Source of the DNA: Rickettsiales bacterium UBA4311
GTDB lineage: Bacteria > Pseudomonadota > Alphaproteobacteria > Rickettsiales > Deianiraeaceae
DNA length: 64,000 bases
Assembly: GCA_002394665.1 (NCBI GenBank)
Contig: DGUL01000007.1
Coordinates: 30,860 to 94,859, forward strand
Direction of reading: 5' to 3'
The notes under the pieces were generated by a model. That model did not search any database, was not told where the DNA came from, and worked only from the letters and a program-made list of their open reading frames with translations. Positions 45,280 through 55,177 of this stretch are shown here, one piece after another; the first letter of the stretch is position 1; every line of letters starts with the position of its first letter. The position numbers and the translations under genes are program-made.

Positions 45280-45948
45280 ATGCAACAATCTTTTTTTGAG
45301 AATTTTGAAGATTTTTGTTATAAGTTTGGAATTGAAAAAATATTGACTAAAAAAAGCTTTCAAGAAGCAATGACACACTCGTCGGTAAACAAAACAAGTT
45401 GCTACGAAAGAATGGAGTTCTTAGGTGATACGATCTTAAATTTTTGCATCTCTCAAATGATTTTTGAAACTTTTCAAAACAAACGAGAGGGAGAAATGAG
45501 TAAAATTAAATCATTCGCGATATCAAGAAAAGTTTGCAGAGAAGTTGCTAAATCAATAAAGCTTGATGAAAAAGTTATCATATCACGACGACAGCCAATT
45601 GATAAAAATGTAATACTTGCTGATTGTGTAGAATCTTTGATTTGTTGCATTTATATTGAATGTGGACTTGCAAAAGTTTATGAAATAATTGACGCACTTT
45701 TTTCAAAATATCTTGTTTCAAATCAAATAAACGACCCAAAAATGCAACTCCAAGAATATACACAAAAACATTATAAATGTCTTCCGCAATATGATTTAAT
45801 TGATAAAAAAGGGACAGAGCACAAACCTATTTTCATAGTGAGTTGTTCTTTTAATAAGTTTTATACAGAAGCAGAGGGCAACACAAAGAAAAATGCCGAG
45901 AGAAATTGTGCGATTAAAATATTAAATCAAATAAATAAAATTAAATAA
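45280..45948 (+). CDS. rnc: ribonuclease III
   Basis: AMTHSS, the signature ERMEFLGDTILN, and a C-terminal dsRBD (PKMQLQEYTQK...KKNAERNCA). Confidence 0.93.
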   Translation: MQQSFFENFEDFCYKFGIEKILTKKSFQEAMTHSSVNKTSCYERMEFLGDTILNFCISQMIFETFQNKREGEMSKIKSFAISRKVCREVAKSIKLDEKVIISRRQPIDKNVILADCVESLICCIYIECGLAKVYEIIDALFSKYLVSNQINDPKMQLQEYTQKHYKCLPQYDLIDKKGTEHKPIFIVSCSFNKFYTEAEGNTKKNAERNCAIKILNQINKIK

Positions 45949-45993
45949 ACAAACCATCAAGGTTTAAAACAAATAGCAATGAAATTCAGCACA

Positions 45994-46734
45994 CTACCAT
46001 TGAATACTTACGCTCGCACCAACATCGCCGGATGCTCCAACCTGCACTTGTGTTTTGCCAACTTTATAAGGATGAGTAAAAAAATAAGATATCAATGCAG
46101 AAAGTCCGGCACCAGCAACAACATCAGTAATATAATGAGCACTTACTGCAATTCTCGTATATCCCGTCCAAACGGCAGCTAATAAAGCAGGAGTGGCTTT
46201 CAACCACCCATATCTCCAAGCAATGAAAAACGCCGGTGCATAAGCATTTGTTGTGTGTCCTGATGGAAAACTCCTTCCCGATCTTCCACCGAACCAGTGA
46301 TGGCTTTTTCCTTCCATTAACATATCCCGCGGACGTGGACGTTGAAAAGTTGCATTCAATATTGCATAAGCACCCATAGACACACCATAGCTTAAAACAA
46401 GTTGTGCGAAGCCATTGTTTTTATATCTTTCATAACTAAAAAAATCTTCCTTAAAATGATCTTTAAATCTTACTTTATGAATATTGAAATCTTTGTGATA
46501 AGCAACCATTCCAACTGCCATAATTAACGGCACCCATTCCATAAAATCGCCGGATCTTTTTATCGCCTTTCCCCTTGAAGAATCTGCATCAACTTTCATC
46601 CATTTTGGACTATCAAAATCATCCCAATCACTCCAAGCTTGCGATTTCTTTTGAAAAAAGAAAGTAGACAAAAACAAACAAATAAAAAGAATAGTCTTTA
46701 AAAAATTATTCAAAAAAATAAAAAAGACCGACAT
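45994..46734 (-). CDS. PAP2-family phosphatase (lipid phosphatase-like) with signal peptide
   Basis: PAP2 motifs: ATFQRPRP (KxxxxxxRP-like), FPSGHT, TRIAVSAHYITD. Confidence 0.8.
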   Translation of the reverse strand: MSVFFIFLNNFLKTILFICLFLSTFFFQKKSQAWSDWDDFDSPKWMKVDADSSRGKAIKRSGDFMEWVPLIMAVGMVAYHKDFNIHKVRFKDHFKEDFFSYERYKNNGFAQLVLSYGVSMGAYAILNATFQRPRPRDMLMEGKSHHWFGGRSGRSFPSGHTTNAYAPAFFIAWRYGWLKATPALLAAVWTGYTRIAVSAHYITDVVAGAGLSALISYFFTHPYKVGKTQVQVGASGDVGASVSIQW

Positions 46735-46758
46735 ACCTCTCTCAAAACAAAACTTTTA

Positions 46759-47745
46759 CTATATTAAAATATCGGTTTCCAATTCTTCCAATGACGTCAT
46801 TGGACAACTTTTTGCTCTGTTAAAAATATCATTTACTTCATCAGCTTTCTGTTCATCAATTTCTTCAATTTCTTTTTCAGTAAAAACACCTTTTTCAACC
46901 AACTTACTCGCAAAACTTTTTATTGCATCTCTTTCTTTCCAGCTATTTACCTCCTCTTTTGTTCTGTAAGTTGCAGGATCGCTCATTGAATGCCCGCGAT
47001 AACGATAGGTATTGACCTGCAAAATATAAGGTTTCTGCTCTTTTCTAACTTTTTCCATCAATTCTTTTGACTTTTCATAAACAGCAAAAAAGTCCATTCC
47101 ATCAACCTCCTCGCCGTGTATTCCCATAGGTTCACCTCTTTTATAAAGCTTGTCTTTATTACAAGAATGTCTTTCAACAGCCGTTCCCATTGCATATTTA
47201 TTGTTTTCAATCACATACAAAACAGGGAGACCCCAAAGGCTTGCCATATTCCAACTTTCGTAAACTTGCCCTTGATTTACAGCTCCGTCACCCATAAAAA
47301 CTATTGAAATATTGTCTGTTCCTTTGTATTTTTCAGCAAAAGCAATTCCCGTTCCAAGTGGAACTTGTGCACCAACAATTCCGTGTCCACCCCAAAAATT
47401 TCCTTCTGGTGAAAAAATATGCATACTTCCACCCTTACCTTTTGACAAACCATCTTGACGACCAAAAAGCTCGCACATTACACCATAAGGGTTTTTACTA
47501 AACAAAACTGCCTGCGTATGACAACGATATGAAGTTATTGTGTTATCGCCTTCCTTCATATTTGCTTTTATCCCGCACAAAACTGCTTCCTGTCCTGTGT
47601 ATAAATGACAAAAACCAATTATCAAACCTTGCTGATATGCAACGGCACACTTCTCCTCAAACTTACGGATAAAAACCATTTCATTGTAAACATCTCTCAA
47701 CTTTTCACTTGATAAATCACAAAAATCACTTTTTTCCTTAACCAT
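46759..47745 (-). CDS. pdhA: pyruvate dehydrogenase E1 component alpha subunit
   Basis: GFCHLYTGQEAV, the TPP motif GDGAVNQGQVYES, YRYRGHSMSDPATYR. Confidence 0.93.
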   Translation of the reverse strand: MVKEKSDFCDLSSEKLRDVYNEMVFIRKFEEKCAVAYQQGLIIGFCHLYTGQEAVLCGIKANMKEGDNTITSYRCHTQAVLFSKNPYGVMCELFGRQDGLSKGKGGSMHIFSPEGNFWGGHGIVGAQVPLGTGIAFAEKYKGTDNISIVFMGDGAVNQGQVYESWNMASLWGLPVLYVIENNKYAMGTAVERHSCNKDKLYKRGEPMGIHGEEVDGMDFFAVYEKSKELMEKVRKEQKPYILQVNTYRYRGHSMSDPATYRTKEEVNSWKERDAIKSFASKLVEKGVFTEKEIEEIDEQKADEVNDIFNRAKSCPMTSLEELETDILI

Positions 47746-47748
47746 AAA

Positions 47749-48366
47749 TTAACTAAATAAATTTTTCAAACCACTATACATCAACATCGTAGCAAGCACA
47801 ACGATAATAATCGTAGCAACTTTATTCAAAATAGTAATTCCTTTTTCACTTATCCTCTTACGTATCAAAGATACTATGAAAACAACCAAAAAATAAAACA
47901 AAAATGTCGCAATCATACCTCCCGAAATTGCGGAAATGGCACTAAAATTATTGTTTCCTAAAAAACTTGAAAACACAACAGAATACGTAATTATAGTCGT
48001 TGGCCCAGTGAGAGTGAGACAAAGTAAAGTTATAAAACTCTTTATACGACTTCCAGAAACAGAATTACTATCAAGGCTTGGTTTTGTGTTCCAAAATCTA
48101 TAAGCTAAATAATAGAGAAACGTTCCTCCGCACAAACCAATTACGACAACAATCTTGCTTGCAAGTATCGTTTCAAGCATAGAAATGGCCAAACTTGCAA
48201 GAATAATATAGATGCTATCAGCGACAGCAACGCCGAAACCAGCACACAACCCAACAGAAAACCCGTGAATAATGGCAGTATTTATCACGGTCATACATAT
48301 CGGTCCAATGACGCACAACATCGCAAAAGTTGTTGCAAAAGCCTGAAAAAATATATCTAATGACAT
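47749..48366 (-). CDS. LysE/RhtB-family amino-acid exporter
   Basis: Six-TM protein with an N-terminal FATTFAMLCVIGPICMTVINTAI pattern typical of the LysE family. Confidence 0.7.
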   Translation of the reverse strand: MSLDIFFQAFATTFAMLCVIGPICMTVINTAIIHGFSVGLCAGFGVAVADSIYIILASLAISMLETILASKIVVVIGLCGGTFLYYLAYRFWNTKPSLDSNSVSGSRIKSFITLLCLTLTGPTTIITYSVVFSSFLGNNNFSAISAISGGMIATFLFYFLVVFIVSLIRKRISEKGITILNKVATIIIVVLATMLMYSGLKNLFS

Positions 48367-48465
48367 AAGCTTGAAGTCAAGAACTTACGCGATATAAAAT
48401 TGTTGAAAAAATTATTGTCAATAAAACTTGAATTTTAAAATGTTTTCAATTTCAATCGGGCGATT

Positions 48466-48538
48466 AGGGGTATAGCTCAGCTGGTAGAGTAGCGGTCTCC
48501 AAAACCGTCGGTCGTGGGTTCGAATCCTACTGCCCCTG
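48466..48538 (+). tRNA. tRNA-Trp (anticodon CCA)
   Basis: Hand-folded cloverleaf: acceptor AGGGGTA/TGCCCCT, D-arm GCTC-AGCTGGTA-GAGT, anticodon arm GCGGT-CTCCAAA-ACCGT, T-arm GTGGG-TTCGAAT-CCTAC, discriminator G. CCA is not encoded. Confidence 0.9.
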
Positions 48539-48661
48539 CGAGTTTCATTGAATTGAAATTTAAGATTTTAAAAAAAATTTTACAAAAATTTTAATTTAAA
48601 TTGTGCTTAAAACACTTGATTTTTATTTATTGAGTAAAACTAAGGTCTTGGTTTAATTCTT

Positions 48662-49039
48662 ATGTCAAGAAAATGCTCGTTAGCAGGAACGAAAATACAA
48701 GTCGGTTATAACGTTCCAAATTCAAATCAAAGAACAAAAAGAATTTTTGCTCCAAACTTGCAGAATATAACACTAAAAAGCGAGCTTTTAAATAAGGAAT
48801 TTAAACTGAAAATTACAACAAGAACATTGAGAACAATAATGAAATATGGCAATCTTGATGAATATTTGCTCCACACAAAAGCTCAAAATATGACGGAATT
48901 CGGAGCAAGATTAAAACACCAATTAAAACAAATTCCAGCAGTTCAAGAACAATTAAAGCAAGAAGCGGAAGAGAAAAAAGTTAAAAGAGTAATAAAACCT
49001 TCTGCACGTAGCTTATTAAAAAAGAAGAAAGTTGCTTAA
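48662..49039 (+). CDS. rpmB: 50S ribosomal protein L28 (with Lys-rich C-terminal extension)
   Basis: MSRKCSLAGTKIQVGYNVPNSNQRTKRIFAPNLQ. Confidence 0.9.
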   Translation: MSRKCSLAGTKIQVGYNVPNSNQRTKRIFAPNLQNITLKSELLNKEFKLKITTRTLRTIMKYGNLDEYLLHTKAQNMTEFGARLKHQLKQIPAVQEQLKQEAEEKKVKRVIKPSARSLLKKKKVA

Positions 49040-49047
49040 TAAGCATT

Positions 49048-50751
49048 ATGGCAAATGCGGTTTTTGAAATTTTTACCGAAGAATTGCCAGCTACGTTACA
49101 GAAAACAATAGCGAGTGATTATTTAACTTTTTCAAAAAAAGCGTTGGGGGTCTTGCAAATCAATATAAACGACGACGACGTCGTGGTTGGTATTACGCCG
49201 AACAGAATGGTTTTAAAGCTTACAAATTGCGATATTGATACAAAAAAATTGCAACAATTAGCGGAAGAAATTTTGAAGAATTTTTCAAAAAACTTTCCTA
49301 GAACAATGAACTATCCACAAATGACAATTAGATGGTTAAGGCCAATAAGATCTCTATTTTTATGCATAGATGACGAAGTTATTCAAGGAGAGTTTTTCGG
49401 ACTTCAAACAAACGGCGGGACATATATTGATAAATTTGAATTCAAAAAATGCAATTCCTTCGACGAATACTTCAAAATATTAAAAGAAAATGCCATTGAA
49501 ATAAATTATAATAGAAGGCTTGAATTCGTAAAAAATGAAGTATCCAAATATAAGTTAGATTACAAAAACAAATCCTTGCTTGAAGAACTCGCAGGAATGA
49601 GTGAATATTGCGTTGAACCAATGGTCGCGGTTCTAAATCAAAAATTTGAAAAATTACCTTTTGAACTTATTGAACTCGTTTTGCGAGAAAATCAAAGATA
49701 CGTTGTCTATAAAGAAGGAAGCGAAATAAAATTTTTAATATTTGGCGGAAAAATTACACAAAGCAAAAACTCAAAAGAGCAAGTTTTACAAGGACACCAA
49801 AAGGTTATTGAGGCACGGCTTGATGATGCGGTTTATTATTTTGAAAAAGACAAACAAGAGTTGACAAAATTTGGAGAAAATGAGTATAAAAATGAGCTTA
49901 CAAAATCACTTCTTGCTCGCACTTTTGTTGATAATATCACATTTGAAGAATATTTACAAAAACAAAAAGCGACAGCAAAAAACCTTCCGAAAAACGATAT
50001 TGAAACTTTTGAAAAAGTAAAAGAACTTATTTTTAATACAAAAATTGATTTAGCAACGCACGTTGTGGCTGAATTTCCTGAATTACAAGGCATAATAGGA
50101 GGCTACTATTTTAATTATGAATTTAACCCTTACTTTTTAGATAAAAACAAAATTCAAAGCGAGAAAAACGAGGTTTTGTATTACTATTTGACAGACAGAA
50201 TTGCCTACATTTCAACAATGTATCAACAAGACAAGCAACCGACGGGAAGTGGAGATAAATATAAAGTAAAAGCCAGAATGGATGACGTCGTTGCGATTTT
50301 TATAGAAAAAATGAATGATTTAAATTTGGCAGACTTGACTGACGGAAACGACGAAATAAAAAAACTTTTCTTGAAAAGATTGCAAAAATATATTGAAGAC
50401 ACTTATAAAGATATCAAAAACATCAAACAATTTGCGGAAGTTGCTACAAAAATAATTGATAAAGCAGTGTTTTTTGACATAAAAACGGCAGTTTCTTATT
50501 TCAGTAATGAAAAGTTTTTGAAGATTTATAAGAGAATAAATGGATATACAAAAAACATTAAACTCGAGGAAAACGATGATATTAGACAAAAAGTGGAAAA
50601 AGCTTTCAATGGCAATGATTTACTGGCAATGGAAAGCTTTTTAGATAATCAAAAAATCAAAGGCAATGCAGAAAACGAGAAAATGTTAAAGTATATTGAA
50701 GCAACTTTCTTCAACAAAAACCTCCCAGTTGAATTTTTGGAAATTGCTTAA
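49048..50751 (+). CDS. glyS: glycine--tRNA ligase beta subunit (short, 567 aa)
   Basis: N-terminal FEIFTEELPA, then MNYPQMTIRWLRPIRSL. Confidence 0.85.
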   Translation: MANAVFEIFTEELPATLQKTIASDYLTFSKKALGVLQININDDDVVVGITPNRMVLKLTNCDIDTKKLQQLAEEILKNFSKNFPRTMNYPQMTIRWLRPIRSLFLCIDDEVIQGEFFGLQTNGGTYIDKFEFKKCNSFDEYFKILKENAIEINYNRRLEFVKNEVSKYKLDYKNKSLLEELAGMSEYCVEPMVAVLNQKFEKLPFELIELVLRENQRYVVYKEGSEIKFLIFGGKITQSKNSKEQVLQGHQKVIEARLDDAVYYFEKDKQELTKFGENEYKNELTKSLLARTFVDNITFEEYLQKQKATAKNLPKNDIETFEKVKELIFNTKIDLATHVVAEFPELQGIIGGYYFNYEFNPYFLDKNKIQSEKNEVLYYYLTDRIAYISTMYQQDKQPTGSGDKYKVKARMDDVVAIFIEKMNDLNLADLTDGNDEIKKLFLKRLQKYIEDTYKDIKNIKQFAEVATKIIDKAVFFDIKTAVSYFSNEKFLKIYKRINGYTKNIKLEENDDIRQKVEKAFNGNDLLAMESFLDNQKIKGNAENEKMLKYIEATFFNKNLPVEFLEIA

Positions 50752-50797
50752 TAATTCAAACATTTAAGGCGTTGAATTTTTTTATCCGTAGCAGAAT

Positions 50798-52477
50798 TCA
50801 AACCCTCTTCGGAGCAATAAATAGAACATCTTCGGTGTTTAATTTTGTTTGTCTAACGGCTCGCCCACAGCTATCAATAAAAGCAGAAATTCCGTTATTT
50901 GAAACTCTAATAACAGGCAAACCAGTTGCCACAGCAAGATACCTTGTCATTAAAAAATGTTGATACCCAGCAACAGACCACTTCATCCAAGCGTCATTAA
51001 CGACATTAACAATTAGTTCACCACGTTCTTTTAAGCTTTTTGTTTTTTCGCCAAAACCTTTATCATTTTCTTCCTTTGAAATTGTTGCAAACCTTTCCTT
51101 TAACAACCTTCTATTTTTACTTATGTTTGTCTTCACATAATCAGGAAAAATACTTTCATAACAAATGATTGGATAAATTATTGGCAAATCGCGATAAAAT
51201 ATAAAATAATCATTCTCGCCATCTATTGAAAAATCAACCATTCCGTTGGTCAATGTACGTGTTAAAAATGGCATAAACTGCCTCACTGGAATATACTCTC
51301 CAAATGGCACAAGTTTTTGTTTTTTATAAAGCGAGACAATATGCCCATCATTATTTACTGAATAAATAACATTGTAGATTGCCAACCCTTCTGAATAAAT
51401 TCCACCAGCGAGCAAAAGAGATTTATCGTTGCCGACGACTCTACCGAGTGCTTTTGATGCATTACTGCCGCTTTCCATATAAAAACTTATAGCATTTTCT
51501 GGAAGAATTTTAATCATATCCCTATTGCTCCGTGCTGTCCAAGAAATCAATTCTATATTTTTATTCAAAATCTCTACAGCATCACTGGAAGCATCCATTT
51601 TTGCAGGAATATTTGGTTGCGAACCGATTATTGTTTGAGAAAAATTTTCTGATTTTGAAAACAACAAAACAGCACCTCCTATCAAACAATTAACAAGCCA
51701 AAAACCAGCAATCAATAAGCATAACAATTGATTTTTTTCATTTTTTTCTCCAAAAAAGAAAAAATAAACACTCAAAACCAAAGCCAAAAACAAAATTGAA
51801 TATAAATCAATTCCAATAAGCCGTACAATTTGAAAAGCAAAAGAATATTTTACAAAATGACCAAAAAGCATCCAAGGAAAACCGCCAAAAATCAAATGCC
51901 CACGGACGTACTCACCACAAAACCAACATATAAGAAAAACTACAAATAAACTCAAATCATAATTAAAACCATCTCCACCTTTTCTTCCTTTTAACCATAA
52001 AAATCCGATGCAAAAAAATGGAACAAAAAATAAAGACATCAAAAATGGTAGTCCCAAAATTGCAAATGGAGTTAACCAAAACAAACTGCCAAAATCTGTC
52101 GTTAAAGGAATAACGAACCACCAAAAAATACTTACAAAATAGCCGAACAAAAAAAAGAAAATAGTTAATAATTGCTTTTTTATACCACTATTTTTTTGTT
52201 TATTTAAAATAAACATCAGCGAGCCAAAAGTTAAAGGTAAAACTAAAATAATGCTAAATGGAGGAGAAGCGAAAAAATTAAATAAACCAATCAAAAAGGT
52301 ATAAAAATAATGCTTTTTTTTTGATGAAAGCGAATTTTTGATTAAATTCCTCCATTTTCTTCTACAAAAAGCCAAACACAAAAGAATATTTTTAATAAAA
52401 ACTTTTGATAAATTACGACTAAAAACCTGCCTCCGAATGAGTTTTAAATTGAAGAAATTAGAAGCACCAATAGACAT
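50798..52477 (-). CDS. lnt: apolipoprotein N-acyltransferase
   Basis: Multi-TM N-terminal half and a C-terminal CN-hydrolase domain with ILPENA, KQKLVPFGEYIP, PIICYESIFPDY. Confidence 0.88.
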   Translation of the reverse strand: MSIGASNFFNLKLIRRQVFSRNLSKVFIKNILLCLAFCRRKWRNLIKNSLSSKKKHYFYTFLIGLFNFFASPPFSIILVLPLTFGSLMFILNKQKNSGIKKQLLTIFFFLFGYFVSIFWWFVIPLTTDFGSLFWLTPFAILGLPFLMSLFFVPFFCIGFLWLKGRKGGDGFNYDLSLFVVFLICWFCGEYVRGHLIFGGFPWMLFGHFVKYSFAFQIVRLIGIDLYSILFLALVLSVYFFFFGEKNEKNQLLCLLIAGFWLVNCLIGGAVLLFSKSENFSQTIIGSQPNIPAKMDASSDAVEILNKNIELISWTARSNRDMIKILPENAISFYMESGSNASKALGRVVGNDKSLLLAGGIYSEGLAIYNVIYSVNNDGHIVSLYKKQKLVPFGEYIPVRQFMPFLTRTLTNGMVDFSIDGENDYFIFYRDLPIIYPIICYESIFPDYVKTNISKNRRLLKERFATISKEENDKGFGEKTKSLKERGELIVNVVNDAWMKWSVAGYQHFLMTRYLAVATGLPVIRVSNNGISAFIDSCGRAVRQTKLNTEDVLFIAPKRV

Positions 52478-52518
52478 TTATAGAAAATCAAAAAATTATA
52501 CAATAAAAGTCAAACCAA

Positions 52519-53217
52519 TTACTCATTTAAAGCATTAAAAAGAGCGTTTCCTAATCGTTTTTTAAAGTTTTCAATGTTTAATTTTTTTAAAGCTAAATCA
52601 TTTTGGTAAACTTCTTTTATCATTTTCTCAATAGAAGAAATTTTTACATCTCCAAGCCCACAAGGATTTATAAAATCAAAATAAGATAAATCGTTGTTAT
52701 AATTTATACTTATTCCGTGAATTACAAACCCGTTTTTTACTCTCAAACCAATAAAACCAAACTTTGCAATTTCTCCGTTTTTTAAATTTTGACACCAAAA
52801 GCCTCTTTTGTCTTGCCGTGCAAAAATACTTATGCTACTTTTATAATCATTGCTAACGCTAAACTTAATTATCTCCTCCTTGACACAATCCACGACGACA
52901 TTTTCAACATTTTTCATAAAATCGCCAATTGTTTTATTGTGTCTTTTTAAATCATAAACAAAATACACAACAACCTGCCCTTTTCCATGCCAAGTCCAGA
53001 GCCCACCTCTGTCGCTATAAACAACTGATACATTGCAAATTTTTTCTTTCAATGCTTCGCCGACATTCAAAACACTTTTGCCGGCCGTATAAACATCCTT
53101 GTGCTCTAAAATATAAATTTTTTCTTGCACCTCAAGCCTATTTTTATTTTCTACACAATCAAAAAAATTGGATATATCCTTATAGTTAACTCTCTCATTT
53201 ATAAAATTGAGATGCAT
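52519..53217 (-). CDS. lipB: octanoyltransferase LipB
   Basis: EHKDVYTAGKS, DRGGLWTWHGKGQVVVY, KFGFIGLRV, HGISINY, NPCG. Confidence 0.9.
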   Translation of the reverse strand: MHLNFINERVNYKDISNFFDCVENKNRLEVQEKIYILEHKDVYTAGKSVLNVGEALKEKICNVSVVYSDRGGLWTWHGKGQVVVYFVYDLKRHNKTIGDFMKNVENVVVDCVKEEIIKFSVSNDYKSSISIFARQDKRGFWCQNLKNGEIAKFGFIGLRVKNGFVIHGISINYNNDLSYFDFINPCGLGDVKISSIEKMIKEVYQNDLALKKLNIENFKKRLGNALFNALNE

Positions 53218-53221
53218 AAAA

Positions 53222-53491
53222 TTATTGGTCTGTCAAAATAAACTCATCCGCTTGCGAAAGTCCAAGTTTTTCTCTTGCAAAGTCGTCCAAAAACTCCAAA
53301 TCAATGTCCTTTCTCATAATTATTTTTTCCAAAAAATGCCTTTCTGCAATAACTTCGTTCATTTCAGCTCTGCTTTTTTCTATATTCTTTTTTAATTCAA
53401 AATATGTATGCAACGTTAGCTCACCTGTAAATAAGTGAATTATAAAATAAGCATTCAGCAAAACAATAAATAATAAAAATTTTAAAAACAT
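53222..53491 (-). CDS. ftsB: septum formation initiator FtsB/DivIC-family protein
   Basis: N-terminal TM, coiled coil, and C-terminal LDDFAREKLGLSQADEFIL. Confidence 0.75.
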   Translation of the reverse strand: MFLKFLLFIVLLNAYFIIHLFTGELTLHTYFELKKNIEKSRAEMNEVIAERHFLEKIIMRKDIDLEFLDDFAREKLGLSQADEFILTDQ

Positions 53492-53503
53492 AAGCCAAAG
53501 CTA

Positions 53504-55177
53504 TCATTCAATTTTACTACCTTTTACTATAATTTGTTTAGTTGTCGGCTTGTAAATATGAAATATTGCCATTGTTTTCTTTCTCTTTCTTAAAGAGGAC
53601 AAAATTTTTTGATAATCTTCTATTGATTTAACCTGCTTATCATCTACTCCCATAATTACGTCGCCAATCGCTAACGTTAACATAGGATCGTTATAACTTT
53701 TTATTTCAGTCACGATTATACCTTCAACTTCTTTTGGAAAATTAAAATTATCGTGTCTCAAAGATGTGAGAAGACGATAAGAAATATTTTTATCACTCCA
53801 TTCTTGAATACCAATTTCACCTTTTTCAAGCTTCTCAATTTCTTTTACAGCAACGGCCTTTATTTGAAACCTCATCATTTTGCCATATCTGTTAATTTCC
53901 AACGTATTCAAAGAGCCGTCAAAAACTTTACTATTTATCTGTTTCATAGTTATCTTATCTTTCAGCTCTACGCCATCAACTTTTGTAATTACATCTCCTC
54001 GTTTAATTCCTGCTTTTTCCGCTGGGCCAAACTTTACAACGCGGTCTATAAGCATACCGCTATTTTTTTCCATTCCAATAGCCTTTAAATCAAACGGTTC
54101 AAGCTCCCTTACGCCTAAGCCCCAAAGACCTTTTTGAACGATTTTTCCCTTCATCAATTTTGGTAAAAATTCCTTTAAAGTGTTTGATGCAACAATAAAA
54201 TTCATACCTTGCAAAGAAACATAACCGGCACTTGCAACACCAACAACCTCGCCGTTCATGTTGAACGCAGGGCCACCGGAATTTCCCGGATTTACAGCGG
54301 CATCAATTTGTATTAACTCTCCGGAAGTTCCCCAAACACGTAGCTTATCATCTTCTTGACCATAAACACTATCCCTTGCTTTTCCGCTCACTATTCCAGA
54401 AGATGCCGACCACTTATAACCAAGAGGCCCTCCTATTATGAGAACATTATCACCAATGCTTAAACTATCTGAATTTCCGATTTTAACAGCACTAAATTTT
54501 TCTCCTTTCTTAGGCTCAATTTTAATAACTGCCAAATCTGCACCTTCAAAATATCCTACAACTTTACCTTTATATGTTCTTCCGTCTTTTGTTTCAACCT
54601 CAATATCTTGAACGTCATCAATGCAGTGATGATTTGTCGTGATATAACCATCAGTACTAACGAAAAAACCGCTACAACTGCCAAAAACTTTAACTTTTTT
54701 ATTTGGAAAAACCTCTCCACCCAACGCATTCAATAAAGAATATCTTTCATTTATATCTGTATCTTTTAAAGATATCAATTTAATATGAACGACAGATTTT
54801 GCCAATCTGTCAACAAGTTTACTATATTCTTCGTTTGATTTAACAAAATTATCTTTTCCACTTTGGTTTGTTGTGAATTGTTCGCTATGGTCATCGCCTT
54901 TTTGAAGCTCTCCCGCTTCTTGAGCTTTATCACTGGCAGCGCATTTTTTTTCTATATCGTCTATTATTTTATTTATATTTTTCTCCTCTTTGCACTCTTT
55001 GCATTCAAATTTTTCAATCGTTTTTAAAGGCACTTTTGAAAAACTAAACTTCTTCAAAATTGCTTCACGAAACTCAAAAATACAAAATAAACCAACAGCT
55101 CCAAATATACCAATTAATATACAGCAGACATATCTAATAATTCTTGTCCTTCTGTCGCTATATTCAAAATTCATCAT
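53504..55177 (-). CDS. htrA: HtrA/DegP-family periplasmic serine protease with two PDZ domains
   Basis: TNHHCI (His), DLAVIKI (Asp), GNSGGPAFNMNGEVVGV (Ser). PDZ signatures include GPAEKAGIKRGDVI. Confidence 0.92.
   Translation of the reverse strand: MMNFEYSDRRTRIIRYVCCILIGIFGAVGLFCIFEFREAILKKFSFSKVPLKTIEKFECKECKEEKNINKIIDDIEKKCAASDKAQEAGELQKGDDHSEQFTTNQSGKDNFVKSNEEYSKLVDRLAKSVVHIKLISLKDTDINERYSLLNALGGEVFPNKKVKVFGSCSGFFVSTDGYITTNHHCIDDVQDIEVETKDGRTYKGKVVGYFEGADLAVIKIEPKKGEKFSAVKIGNSDSLSIGDNVLIIGGPLGYKWSASSGIVSGKARDSVYGQEDDKLRVWGTSGELIQIDAAVNPGNSGGPAFNMNGEVVGVASAGYVSLQGMNFIVASNTLKEFLPKLMKGKIVQKGLWGLGVRELEPFDLKAIGMEKNSGMLIDRVVKFGPAEKAGIKRGDVITKVDGVELKDKITMKQINSKVFDGSLNTLEINRYGKMMRFQIKAVAVKEIEKLEKGEIGIQEWSDKNISYRLLTSLRHDNFNFPKEVEGIIVTEIKSYNDPMLTLAIGDVIMGVDDKQVKSIEDYQKILSSLRKRKKTMAIFHIYKPTTKQIIVKGSKIE

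Noticed and set aside
50754-50783. ATTCAA-N12-TTGAAT followed by T6, considered as an intrinsic terminator after glyS.
   Set aside because: The stem is 6 bp, almost entirely A/T, with a 12-nt loop. It is indistinguishable from chance in this composition.
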